Source of the DNA: Phyllobates terribilis
Taxonomy: Eukaryota
Direction of reading: 5' to 3'
Length of the DNA stretch: 64,000 nt
Assembly (NCBI RefSeq): GCF_046119375.1
Contig: NW_027362762.1
Location: 779,092,001 to 779,156,000 of the forward strand
Shown here one piece after another: positions 1 to 11,828 of the stretch. Below the pieces are notes generated by a model. It made no database searches and was not told the DNA's origin. It saw only the letters and a program-made list of their open reading frames with translations. Within the stretch, counting starts at the first letter, position 1. The number at the start of each line of letters is the position of its first letter. A program made the position numbers and the translations under genes.

Positions 1-3000
1 AGGAAAAATGGTGAGTAACCTGTTGCATCGCTCTTTGTACAGTTATAGGCATGTACCACTTTTGACAGAGAACTCTTCCAGTCTTTCTTCTCGTCAGCTG
101 TTAAATTGTGCAACATCGACAATAATGTCCGGTTAAAACGTTCCACTTGTCCATTACCCTCTGGGTGATGGGGCATTGTGTGGGATCTCTGAATTCTACA
201 GTACTTTCCTAGCTTGGCGAAGAGCTGGTTCTCAAATTTACTTCCTTGGTCGTGGTGTAAGCTCGTAGGAAACCCAAACCTCAAAGCAAAATCATTGAAG
301 ATCTTCTCTGCTGCTGTTCGACCAGCTTTATTGGTGGTGGCATATGCTTGGGCAAATCGAGTAAAATGGTCCATCACCACCAATATGTATTCGTAACCAC
401 CCTTGCACGTCTCGAGATGTAGAAAGTCTAGTGAGATCATCTCAAGCGGATACGTAGTTTGGATGTTGCTCATAGGTGCCTGGGTTGATGTGTTGGGACG
501 TTTATCTTTCAGACACCCACACTCCCTGGTCACATACCTTTCATTATCTCTCTGCATGTACGGCCAGAAGAAACGTTCACGGATCAATTTGGTTGTCCTT
601 TCCACTCCGAGGTGTCCCATGTTTTCATGGTGTTCTTTGAAGGCCAACGTAAGGAATACTCTGGGTAGTACCAACTGCCGGTTTTGTCCTCCTTTACGAT
701 ACAGGATACTGTCTTCACTGAGGTAGAGCTTTGTCCATTCTTCAACTAAAACAGATACTGCTGGTGACTCATTATCTCTCTCCCGTTTGCTTGGAAACCT
801 ATTTTGGTCCACATAAAGTAGTATTCTACGAATTATCTGATCTTCCCGTTGTGCTCTACGGATTTTTCCGTTTGGTAGTTATTGAATGGACAGGGGGTGA
901 TCTTGTTCTCTTGCTTTTATGGTGATTTCCACCGTCAACGGACACCACAATGGTGTGTCTTCCTCTTGATAAGCTTGCACTGCTTGGGTAGTGCTCTCAA
1001 TTGCTTCCAGACTGACTTCCTCCGAGCATTCTTGCATAAACTCCTCAGACTCTAATGGCATTCTCAACAATCTGTCAGCATCTGCATTGCATTTTCCTGG
1101 CCTGTACTTGTTGCTGAGATTGAAGTCAGCTAGTTCAGCGACCCATCTCTGACCCATTGCATTCAGTTTGGCTGTAGTGAGGACATAGGTCAAAGGGGTT
1201 GTTGTGAGTGTATACCTCAAACTCTTTGCTGTAGTAGAGATAATCTCTAAATAGTTCACAGATATCCCATTTCAATGCCAGGAACTCCAATTTTTCGGAA
1301 TATAGATGGTAAGTCTTCTCAGCGTCTGTCAATGTTCTAGAACCGTAACTGATGACTCGCAATTTTCCAACTTGATGCTGATACAGGGCAGCTCCCAGTC
1401 CAACTTGAGAAGCGTCACAATGAAGACAAATGGTAAGTTGAAATCAGGATATACCAAGATGGATGGTTTTACCAGGTAGCCTACTAGTTCTTCCAATAAC
1501 TCCTGGTGGCCTGCTGTCCAGAGAATGGGCTGTTGGGACGAAACGGCTTTGTTTCTTTTAAGTCCGGTCCTACCCGCATTCTTCTTTTTCTCCGTGGGTG
1601 TTGTTGACTCTGTCGTCCCCCCCAAGAGGAGGTATAGCGGGGCGGAAATCCTGGAGAAGTTCGGAACGTAAGTACGATAGCAGGAGAGGAATCCTAAGAT
1701 CGGCCTCAACTCCCTGACGGTAGAAGGACGCTTGTCTTTTAAGGCCAATACCGGAGCAATTTCTGCTGGGTCCATGGTATATCCTTCTCTGGACACAATT
1801 TTCCCTAGAAATTGGACTTGCCTTTTGAACAGTTCACACTTCTTTTCAGCTTAACTCTGTGTTGTTGATACTGCTGTAATACGGTCCTCACGTGTTCAAC
1901 ATGCTCCCGGAAGGTTTTGCTGGGTACCACATTGTCATCCAAGTATTGCTAGCAAAAATCACCCCTCAGTCCTTCCAAACAGGTCTCCATGCTCCTCTGA
2001 AATTCTGCTAGAGCTGAACTGAGCCCAAACGGTATGCGGATCCACTCATATAACCCCCACGGTGTGATGAATGCTGGCAAGGGTCTACTGGACTCTTCAA
2101 CAAACCCTTGTAGGTATGCTTTACCCTGATCGAGGACAGAGAACCAGGTACTTCCTGATAGGCTATCCAGCATATCTTGAATCTTTGGTATCGGGTGCCG
2201 ATCAGGTACTCACTTTCTGTTTTGTTCCCGGTAATCACAGCAGAGTCTCAATGTACCGTCTTTCTTCCTAACACAAACAATATGAGAGGAGTAAGATGAC
2301 TTCGATTTTTGGACCCAACCTCTGTTGATTAGATCTTGTAAATACTCTTTCACTTCACGATGTAATGATTTCGGCACAGACATGTAACTTCTGGTTACTG
2401 GGGTCGTGTCTTTCAAATTGATTTTCAATTGCAATGACGGGATAGAGCCTATATCAGAGTCATCTTTAGAGCATGCATGACACTCTTCTCTCAGCATCTG
2501 TTTTGCTATCGCTATATCTTCAGCACACAAGTGTTCCAGGGATACTGGGGAATCCCAGGACCCTGAGGTGGGTCATGCAATTTCCTCCCCTGGGCAACTC
2601 CTGTTTCTTGGTAGGGAGACTGAATTCACGGTAGACCCCTGGGTGGGTCTCACACTGGCTGGATATACCGTTTTAACGGTTTCAATGTGACCTAACACAG
2701 TCTTTGGATCCAGTCTAATTTTGTGTTTTGTAGTATTCATCACCGGTACTGTCACTCGAGCAAACCCACCAGTAGGAATCGTAAGCACAGCCTCACCTTG
2801 AACTAGGCCTTCTGGAAGTTCTGAGGAGTCTTTTGGCACTAACAGTCTTTTCTGGACTTTTCTTCCCAGTCCTACCTGGACTCCACACCTCACCCCCACT
2901 ATTTGGTTTGCAGGGATGATGGTTGGGCGCCAGCCTGCCTTGACTTCTTTAAGGTCCATTGTATTTTGTTCTTTCTTTACTCTATGAATCATATTTTCCG

Positions 3001-3140
3001 CTATGGCAAGTGATGTGGCAATTGCATCCACCACCAGTGTCCCTGACTTGTGTTTCGTGATGCCCTCACTGATTACATTTTAACCCAGGATGGGATCCTC
3101 TGCCATGTTCTGATCTCTGGTCACTAGAAAAGGTACTTAA
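1..3140 (-). mobile_element. Ty3/Gypsy LTR retrotransposon pol (PR-RT-RH-IN), frameshifted and stop-disrupted; runs off the window start
   Basis: Minus-strand translations: protease tail VPFLVTRDQNMAEDPILG*NVI (~3140-3060); RT '[26 protein letters not shown]' and 'QYLDDN' (~2170-1930); RNase H 'LEFLALKW..FEVYT.NNP' (~1360-1130); integrase 'SLDFLHL..VMDHFTRF..HHDQG..GNGQVERFNRTL' (<500). Confidence 0.93.
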
Positions 3141-3149
3141 AGCTACAAT

Positions 3150-4020
3150 AACAAGCTCCCCATATTCCCCCTGGGGCTCTGTTAAAACACTCCCTGTCTC
3201 CTGTGACTGTGTTAACCCCTCTAGTTGCTGGATGCTTCTGAAGCACAACACTTCCTGTCTCCTGTGCTTGTGTTATTTGTAACAGTTGCTGGATGCTTAG
3301 CAACAGCACAACTTCTGCATGTCACAGACAGTTAACACTGGGTTTAGCCCACAGTTTGTGAAGGGTTAGAGGAGTTTACAGAAAAGGTTTTCTGGGTTGC
3401 TGGCAGTCGGTCAGGGAGTGGAGTCCATGACACACACACCAGAGTTTTGAGTCCATGAATCATACTGCACAGGATTATTATATGTCCTGTAAAAGAGAGT
3501 GGAGTGGTAGGAAGCAGGCTGAACAAGCAGGAAAACAGGTTCTAGAAGCAGATACAGCAGGAAAGGAAAGTGTTCTGTCAGTGTACATTTTCTGAGAAGA
3601 ATGAGGGCACATCCAATACTTCAACTGGACGCCTTGACAGTCTTGGGCTCACAGCCCGGTAGAGGGCCTGACAATAAGGACTCTGTCTCCCAGAAGAGGA
3701 AGATGTCGGTGGGGTCGCAGGGGAAGAGAAGGATAGTGAATCTCAGGACAGGATGGGGACAAAGACTGCTAAGACACAAAACAAAGGGAATATCACCACA
3801 AAAAGACTCTGTCTTAATCTGTATGCTGCAGCAGTGTGTAAATGAATTGCACAGTATAGACGAACCTGTTAACCCAGGCTCCTAGTCTACTGTCTGTTTG
3901 CAGCCGGTACCGGTCCTGAGGATAGGGAGGTAACGAGGACTTCCGAAGTAGCAGTGAGTAAAGAACAGATTCCAGCACACCAAACACTCCACTCTCCGTC
4001 CTTTTTAGCAGAGTGGTTAC
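3150..4020 (-). mobile_element. Probable 5' LTR of the element above, 3'-truncated and joined directly to protease
   Basis: Minus strand starts TGTAAC at 4020. Segment 3150-3315 is homologous to 24240-24405, part of an LTR-like unit whose minus-strand end is ...TGTAACA at 23619. No TSD checked. Confidence 0.55.
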
Positions 4021-4080
4021 AGGGCGCAGAGAACTCAATTCCGGCCACAGCATGTTGAAACCGGCCCTGTGCCCCTCTTC

Positions 4081-4310
4081 ATATCTAATCCCAGCGTGTG
4101 ATACATTTCGTCCATCTAATCCCATCATGTGATATACTATGCTGAGCCCTTTATCTAAACTTATTCTGAGTGGCACACTCCATATATTTCACCCCATCCA
4201 GTGTGATATACTCTGTGTATCTAATCCCATCCTGTGTGATACACTCTGCTGAGCCCTGCATCTAATGCCATCATGTGATCCACTACACTGAGCCCTATAT
4301 TTAACTTGGT
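4081..4310. repeat. Degenerate ~40-45 bp minisatellite (ATCTAATCCCATCCTGTGTGATACACTCTGCTGAGCCCTG-like)
   Basis: About 5 imperfect copies of atctaatcccatc..gtgata..ctgagccct. Confidence 0.55.
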
Positions 4311-5780
4311 CTTGTATATTTTAATGTATAATTGGATGCCATACGGATGCCCATTTTCTTTGTATGATACTCGGAACGATTTTTTTATACGCTTGCCTGA
4401 CAGCGAGAGAATGGTGAAGCATTCAATGCTTCGATGAAAATTTTATTCTAGCATTTTGTGCATTTCTTGGGAAAACCAGGTGGTAAATATGATCTATAGG
4501 GCTTATTTTACTTTGCAAGAATAAAACACACGAACAGATAATGCAATTAGTACTAATAATTCTAAGAACACTTAAGGATGTGGAAAGTTGTTGGATGGGC
4601 ATAGCTGCTTTCATCACATGTGATATGCTCCAGCGGCTTCATCTGATTAAGTGCTATAATGATAATAAGTAATTATGTTTCAGATTCTCTTACCATTTCT
4701 CAGTATGTGGAAATGTTGGTCAGTTCCAGTGACTAAATGCTTTTTGTTTCTGACTGCAGGAAGGGTTCCCAGTGATAAGCTCTTCTATTTCTGTCTATCT
4801 GATTGCATTACTTATTGGCTCATTAAACTACTTAATCATATGACATTAGGAGGATTCTTGTTCTGTTTGTGTTTGTACCAATGTAAGGTTTGACAATCAG
4901 CTACGAATATAGATTACGCAGCTGCAATATATTTTAATACATTATAGTGATATATTATTAATAGTAAATCGTGAACCTGTATCACAGGGCATTGACATGA
5001 TCAGCAGCAAACACCACTCTGTCTATAGTTGAGAGTGTGGTATTAGTGTTAGCCGAGCCTGTTGCTACTGTTATATAACATGAGCTGTAAATGTACAATA
5101 ACACTACCACATTCTAAGGTTAATGCTCAATTATCTCTTCTGTTCCTCAGTTCTTCAAAGTCAGATTGTATTTTCTCTACATCTAAACAAAGTCTCAGGC
5201 ACTTACTGACACATAATTCCCCAGGGACCTGAAGTATTTTTTATAATAAACAGAAAAAGGCACAATTTCCCTTTATGAGCTGTAATAATAGATTACATGA
5301 GTATAGTGTTAACATTGAAACAACTATTGTATTAAAATTCATAATATCCCACTGCTTAAATTGAGTTTGTCAGCTCAAAATGACAGTTAAAATCAGGCAC
5401 AGGCGCTCAGTGCACTCTTAGAATGTTACTTCTCCGTCCTCCACTGCCTACTGGAAAGTAAGAGTAGAGGGTAGGGTGGGGTTGGGGGCAAGGATAGATA
5501 AAAACAAGTAGGTGGGAAGGTGGACTGAACTACCATTCCAAGAGTAAACCTAGCACCTGTATTCTGTTTAAACAGTCAATTTATGCTGATACACTCCCTG
5601 TAAACCCCAAATAACTTTACAAGAAGTAGAGTGATTAGACTGCAGCAGAAAGGGGAAAGTTATTTTCTCTGTTGAAGCCCCCTTCTGACTGTTTTAGACA
5701 TCTGGAAGAATGAAGAATGATTGTCCAGAGAGGTAAAGGTGAGCGCTACCATGAGTTTTGTGCCACGCCAAAAGTAAAGC

Positions 5781-6468
5781 TGTCACAGGTATACTGTGAC
5801 AGAGAGGGGGCAGAAGACCGCTGTGTCTAATTTCACGTACTCCTGCACTGGTTAGAAGCACTCTACCATCATATTAAACAATGCAGGTTTTTTACTTGCT
5901 AGCAGCGTTCTATTCTGTTGAAAGCTCCTGGAGCTTTCCTGCTTAGATGGTCTCATCTGTTCAGTGTTGACCACTCTCCTCTGCTATATATTCTTTCCTC
6001 TGGCACTTAAGTGTTGCCAGTGTTAGTTCATACTGCTTGGCTCTGGAGTTGGAGGTGTACCTTGTGGTTGGAGGTGGCATTAGGAGATTTGTTCAGATGA
6101 CTGTTGCTTGGAGTTTTTGTGTGCACATCCTCATCCTCTCTTATTTGGTTTCTCCTTCCTTTAACTCCCTGGTGTTCTACACTGTTGTTTTGTGAGTGCA
6201 TTTTGTATGATTGATATTTTCATTTATCCCTGTCTGTCTTTCCTTGTTTGTCTTTTTAGTATATTCCCATACACTTCAGCTTCCCACCTCCCTGGGTGGG
6301 GGAGGGGACAGATAAGGGTTGATATAGGAAAATAGCATGGCATGTGACCCTGGAATCTTCACCATCAGAAGTAATCTGGGTGACAGGGATAGACTATGGT
6401 GCCCCTTAGCTTAAGGGTAAGGGAAGGAGCCCCTTTGCCCTGGGATATCCTACAACAGTGCTGTGACA
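5781..6468 (+). mobile_element. Solo LTR
   Basis: Termini TGTCAC...GTGACA; flanks AAAGC / AAAAC (5-bp TSD with 1 mismatch); no coding content. Confidence 0.55.
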
Positions 6469-6484
6469 AAAACATTCTGAGACC

Positions 6485-6745
6485 ATACATGTGTGAGGTT
6501 GCTTTTCATCCAAGGGAGTTGGCTCACTAACAATTTTGCCTAAGAACACTGCTATAAATAAAGAATAGGATCTAAACATCCTCTAAGAGCAACTTCTTCC
6601 AATGTTCCAGTAACAATTTGGTGATGCACCATGCTTTTTACAGCATGATGGAGCACCATGTCACAAAGCCAAAGTGATAACTAAGTTGATCGGTGAACAA
6701 AACATTGAAAGTTTGGGTCCATGTCCACAAAACTCCAGTCAGTCT
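6485..6745 (+). pseudogene. Tc1 transposase fragment (catalytic region)
   Basis: Reads ~CFSSKGVGSLTILPKNTA..QFGDAPCFLQHDGAPCHKAKVITK..EQNIE.LGP.P.NS, the Tc1 'QHDGAP..WP.NSPDL' region, degraded. Confidence 0.8.
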
Positions 6746-7074
6746 CAAAATTTATGCCAACAACTGTAGATGATGTGACAGCTGACCCTGCTCCTTCTCA
6801 CTGCAGTATAACCTTTGTAAAGAATCATTAGACACTAAAATACAAAAGATAGAGTCAGGATCCGAACATTGCGGCAATGTATATGTGACCTGTGTGAAAA
6901 ATTTAAAATTTCTATTTTGTGTTTTCAACACACATTGTGGTATGTGTAATAAAAATTGCCTAAAATAAAAAAAATACATGTAACAAAATCCTGTTTAAAT
7001 AGGTAATTTTCTGATGATGGCTTCCCTTTAAACAACTTGTGAGCAGCTGCACTACACATCTTTTGTAGGTGAAC

Positions 7075-7473
7075 TACAACAATGAAGTATTATAGGAGCT
7101 GTGGAGCAGAAAAGTGCAATAGGGTCTTACCCGGATTAACAATTAAATCAATAAAAAAGGTTACGTTAACCTGGTAGAGTTGTGATTACATAACAATAAA
7201 AGAGCATGAGCATCCAGCTGCTGCAGATCCACAGGTCATCCGACTGGTACAATTCATATAGAAGAAAAAATGTGGACTTTCTGTGCTGCTGATAAGTGGA
7301 AATTAGGATCCAAAGCCAAGAACTGTGTTAAATGTCGCGTTTCGAAGTACACACTTATGTGGTTATATCCTGAGGCTATCTAACACATTTCCTGACTTTT
7401 GGAACTGATTTCCACGTATCAGCAGAGCAGAAAGTCCACGTTTTTCTCCTATATCTATTACAACAATGAAGTA
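7075..7473. repeat. ~370-bp insert with 50-bp internal inverted repeat, flanked by 15-bp direct repeats
   Basis: TACAACAATGAAGTA at 7075-7089 and 7459-7473; inverted pair ~7256-7305 / ~7408-7455. Confidence 0.55.
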
Positions 7474-7495
7474 GCATACCATGCAAGTGAATGTA

Positions 7496-7901
7496 CAGTG
7501 GTGTGAAAAAGTGTTTGCCCCCTTCCTGATTTCTTATTCTTTTGCATGTTTGTCACACTTAAATGTTTGAGATCACAAAACAAATTTAAATATTAGGCAA
7601 AGATAACACAAGTAACCACAAAATGCAGTTTTTAAATTAAGGACTTTATTATTAAGGGAAGAAGAAATCCAAACCTACAGGGCCTTGTATGAAAAAGTGA
7701 TTGCCCCCCACTCCACTTAAAACATAAATTAACTGTGGTTTATCACATCTTTGGGAAGCTGAGTTCAATTTCCCTAGCCACACACAGGCCTGATTACTGC
7801 CACACCTGTTCTCATGTTTTGTGATCTGAAAAATTTAAGTGTGACAAACATGGAAAAGAATAAGAAATCAGGAAGGGGGCAAACACTTTTTCACACCACT
7901 G
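7496..7901. mobile_element. Internally deleted non-autonomous Tc1 element
   Basis: ~85-bp TIRs CAGTGGTGTGAAAAAGTGTTTGCCCCCTTCCTG...; TA on both sides. Confidence 0.9.
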
Positions 7902-8011
7902 TAACAGATGTTCCATACCATAGGTAGAATAAAAATATTGCCAGGAAAACATCCAAAAGCAGCAGTTACTCCAATTGTGTGCTATACAGGCAGGAACAGG
8001 TTTTTTTCACC

Positions 8012-8489
8012 TGTAAGGTGGCTAATGGTCGTGTAGTAGATGGGAGGTATGTATCGCAGAGATGGCTGATTTCTGTGATGCAAAGTGGTCTAATTGTTGC
8101 ACCTGGCAGCCTGGGTACAGGTGGCTAGGAGAGATGGGAGGGTCCAGCAACCCATATACCTCACCTCTGGGTGTGGTTAACAGCCTTTCTAATGGAGGCT
8201 GTTGTTTGTCACATGGTCTGTGTGGGTGGAGGGAAAGGCCTCCAGTGTATGTTTTGCCTACAGACCAAGCCAGGACACTGGACGCTACACCAGCCTGTGT
8301 GAGCACAGCGCTGTACATCTAGAGGTTTTGCTATAAGGACTGTTATCTTTGCTTTTGCCTGCACTAAAGGCTGTTTTGTTTGCATTTTCCTTTTGAACAG
8401 TTTATGAAGCCAATAAACCACTATGGACATTTAAAGGAACATGCCTCCTGTTTGCCTCAAACCGCACCTGAATGAGTACCATCCCTACA
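8012..8489 (+). mobile_element. Solo LTR
   Basis: TGTA...TACA termini, exact 4-bp TSD CACC (8008-8011 / 8490-8493), AATAAA at ~8410. Confidence 0.85.
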
Positions 8490-8589
8490 CACCATACACA
8501 GAAAATCAATCTAATAAATATGTCCAAACTGCAAAAGCATAATGTATAGATTAATAAATTAAAAAACAATATATATATGTCATAGAGAA

Positions 8590-9260
8590 AAATTTAAATC
8601 CATAAGAAATCTCCGGAGAGGGGTCATATCACCCTCACATTGAACATATGGGATTAATTATAGCTGAGGAAGAGAAAAACTAATTATAACTGGAGAAGAG
8701 AGAAAGAACTAACATTTCAATGTCCATTGAAGTAGGGGCCTCCTGCAGTGAACTTGTAATGACCATAGGAGATTTGCTCTGGGAAAAAGACACTAAGACT
8801 GAGATTCATTTACAAAGAGGCGGGGAAGTACACTTCTCAGAGATAGAGCATCCTCTGATCAAAGCACTGTTTTGAGATGTTTTGGAGCCAGTGCTCAAGG
8901 ATGAATATTGGGGTTTGCATCAATCCGATATTTATGAGAGATATATTTTTAGCATCGCAGCGAAGGGACGAACATAACCCATTCACTTGCATCACCATAA
9001 GGCCAGCAGAACCCCTCCAACTTAATATTGGTCCCATGGATGGTGCTATCCATGCATTGTTTCATCTCTATAGGCAGATAAAATCACGATAAGAAACATG
9101 ATGACAATATCTACCACATGAGACCTCCGGGGGCAAAGATATCCTGTAAATTGGGGATCTCATAAACTTTTAACAGACCTAGCACATCCCACATTCAGCC
9201 CCCACATGAGGTCACCAAGTGGAGGTATGCGGACGTAATCTTGATCTAATAAAAACCAGA
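8590..9260 (-). pseudogene. Possible highly decayed L1/Tx1-type LINE ORF2 C-terminal fragment
   Basis: Weak resemblance of 'LCSSLRCDAKNISLINIGLMQTPIFILEHW' to the L1 C-terminal Cys/His region; many stops. Confidence 0.25.
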
Positions 9261-9562
9261 GTTTGGGTTTCTGTCATTTATCAGTCTTGGAAGGTACAGC
9301 TTGCTGTAGTTCTGTCCATTTTACTAAGAAGTAATTCCTTCCACTAAGCTCTGAGTCATTTCCATGACATATTTTTAGCAATTTTCTTTTGTTATTCCTT
9401 TTATGGCATGTAACTGTATATACCGTATTGTTTTGTTCCCATTTTGAATCATCTTTGTATATTTTTTATAAACACTGCCTACCTTTCTGGATTGAATATA
9501 TAAAATGTAATAGCTCTGTTCTTCTTGCTCTGTAAACCGCTCTCCTGAAGCCATATGCCACT

Positions 9563-9907
9563 TGTAATGGTTTCCAATTGGTCTGTATAAGCGATTGGTC
9601 GTGGCAGCTAGTAGTTCATTATTGTGGAGTTGGCAGTGACCGTACCGGGGTATATATATATTCCATGCGTTGGAAGCAGAGGTGTATATATCATACGCTC
9701 ACTGGGAGTTCCCCAATAACCGACCTAGCAGCTGTGGTCTTGTCCGTCACTCATCAGTCCATTGTGTAATTGTCCTGACCATTGAAAATAGCATCCATTG
9801 GCAAACTAGTGACAGCGTTGGGATCAGCGCGACTCCCTTGGCTGTTATCCTTAACAATTGTTGGCAGCAGTGAGATCTGCGTGATCACTCCGGTGTGATC
9901 TGTGACA
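9563..9907 (+). mobile_element. Possible short solo LTR
   Basis: TGTAA...GTGACA termini and an internal TATATATA; TSD not recovered because a Tc1 inserted immediately 3'. Confidence 0.35.
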
Positions 9908-9910
9908 CTA

Positions 9911-10561
9911 CAGTCATGGCCAAAAGTGTTAACAACCTTGAAATTGTTCCAGAAAATAAAGTATTTCTCCAATAATTATTGCAATTACACATGTTTTGTT
10001 ATATACATGTTTATTTTCTTTGTGCATAATGGAACAACACAAACAACTGAGAAAAAAAGGGTATATTGGACATAATTTCACACAAAACACCAAAAATTGG
10101 CAGGACAAAATTGTTGCCACCTTTCCAAAATTGTGGGTAAACAACTTTGTTTCAATCATGTAATGCTTGTTCAAACTCACCTGTGGCAAGTAACAGGTGT
10201 GGTCAATATGAAAATCACACCTGAAACCAGACCTGCAGCAGTTTTCAATAGAAGAGTGGTCCAAAATTTGAGTTGAGAGGTATAAGAAGCTTGTTAATGG
10301 TTATAGGAAGCGACTGATTGCAGTTATTTATTCCAAGGGGTGTGCAACCAAATATTAAGTTGAAGTTGCCAACAATTGTCTGTCCATTTTTGGGGATGCA
10401 TGTGAAATGATGTCCAATTTACCTTTTTATCCTCTGTTTTTTGTGTTGCAATACACACAAAGGAAGTATAACAAAACATGTGTAATTGCAATACATTTGT
10501 TGGAGAAAAACTTCACTTTCTGGAACAATTTCAAGAGTGCCAACACTCTTGGCCATGACTG
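9911..10561. mobile_element. Non-autonomous Tc1 with long (~200 bp) TIRs
   Basis: CAGTCATGGCCAAAAGTGTT...AACACTCTTGGCCATGACTG; TA on the left; same family as 42229-42798. Confidence 0.88.
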
Positions 10562-10574
10562 TGTATATGTATAT

Positions 10575-10854
10575 AGAGGTGCATCTTACAAAATTAGAAT
10601 ATCATCAAAAAGTTAATTTATTTCAGTTCTTCAATACAAAAAGTGAATCTCTTATATTATATAGAGTCATCACAAACAGAGTGATCTATTTCAAGTGTTT
10701 ATTTCTGTTAATGTTGATGATTATGGATTACAGCCAATGAAAATGCAAAAGTCATTATCTCAGTAAATTAGAATACTTTCTAACAACAGCTTGAAAAATG
10801 TTTTTAAAATCCAAAATGTTGGCCTACTGAAATGTATGTTCAGTAAATGCACTC
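10575..10854 (+). mobile_element. Left end of another Tc1 element, truncated
   Basis: Begins (C)AGGTGCATC..AAAATTAGAATATCATCAAAAAG, a Tc1-type terminus; homology ends abruptly where the DD41D coding sequence starts. Confidence 0.65.
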
Positions 10855-11820
10855 TGAAACATTTGTTCAGAGTCCAAAAAAGTCCACCAGAAGAGCCTCT
10901 TTGGAATTGGGAATTTCACGAGCTTCTATCATGCGAATCCTGAAATCTATTAGGTGGAAAGCTTATCGTCCACGTCTAATTCATGGTTTATTGGAGGATG
11001 ATCCAGACAGGCGGCTGCAATTTAGTGAGATTATGCTTAACGAAATTGAAGAAAATCCAGTAATTTTAGATAACATCATGTGGAGTGATGAAGCTTCTTT
11101 CAAATTATCCAGCCATATCAACAAACATAATTGTATTTACTGGTATAATGAGAACATGCAATTTATCATTAGAGCAACAACTAAATGAGCCTGGTGTCAA
11201 TGTTTGGGGTGGTATATCAAGTTTTGGTGTTTTAGGACCAATATTTTTTGATGGAACAGTCACAGGAGATAAGTGTCTCGAAATTCTAATGAATCAAGTT
11301 GTTCCCCAGTTACAGCAACAGCCTAACTGAAATGACCTTTATTTCCAACAAGATGGGGCCCCTCCACATTATTCAAGAGTAGTCCGCGAGTATCTTGATG
11401 AAACATTTCCTAATAAATGGATTGGCCGAAGAGGCCCACTTGATTGGCCGGCACGTTCACCAGACTTGACCCCAATGGACTTTTTCTTTTGGGGAGTACT
11501 CAAGGACAAAGTTTATAATCGAAAACCAAAAAGTGTCAGTGATTTGAAAAATTACATAAGAGATGCATTTCAAGAAATTAATAACCAAAGAGACTTGTGC
11601 AAAAAAGTTTGTCAAAGCGTAAGAGGCAGACTTCAAAGCTGTGCAAATTGTAATGGAAAACAGTTGGAGCACATGCATTGATAAAATTTAAGGGCTTTTG
11701 TATTATTGTTCAGAATAAAATTTAATTGTCAATGTTATGCTTGTGTTAGTAAATATAATTTTATATATAAATCAAAATAAATGTTATTATTTTCTGGCCA
11801 CCTACTTTTTGACCACCCTG
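10855..11820 (+). mobile_element. IS630-Tc1-mariner DD41D (rosa/Visitor-type) transposon, 5'-truncated; one frameshift (~11160) and one stop (11328-11330)
   Basis: WSDEA (D at 11087), FQQDGAPPH (D at 11352), WPARSPDLTPMDFF (D at 11478), giving exactly 41 residues between the 2nd and 3rd D. Right TIR ...TTTTTGACCACCCTG followed by TA. Confidence 0.9.
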
Positions 11821-11828
11821 TATATATA

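Noticed and set aside
214-925. Plus-strand ORFs over the Gypsy integrase, and many similar overlapping ORFs at 33469-34997, 38301-39165 and 61036-63916
   Set aside because: Antisense or off-frame shadows of transposon coding sequence.
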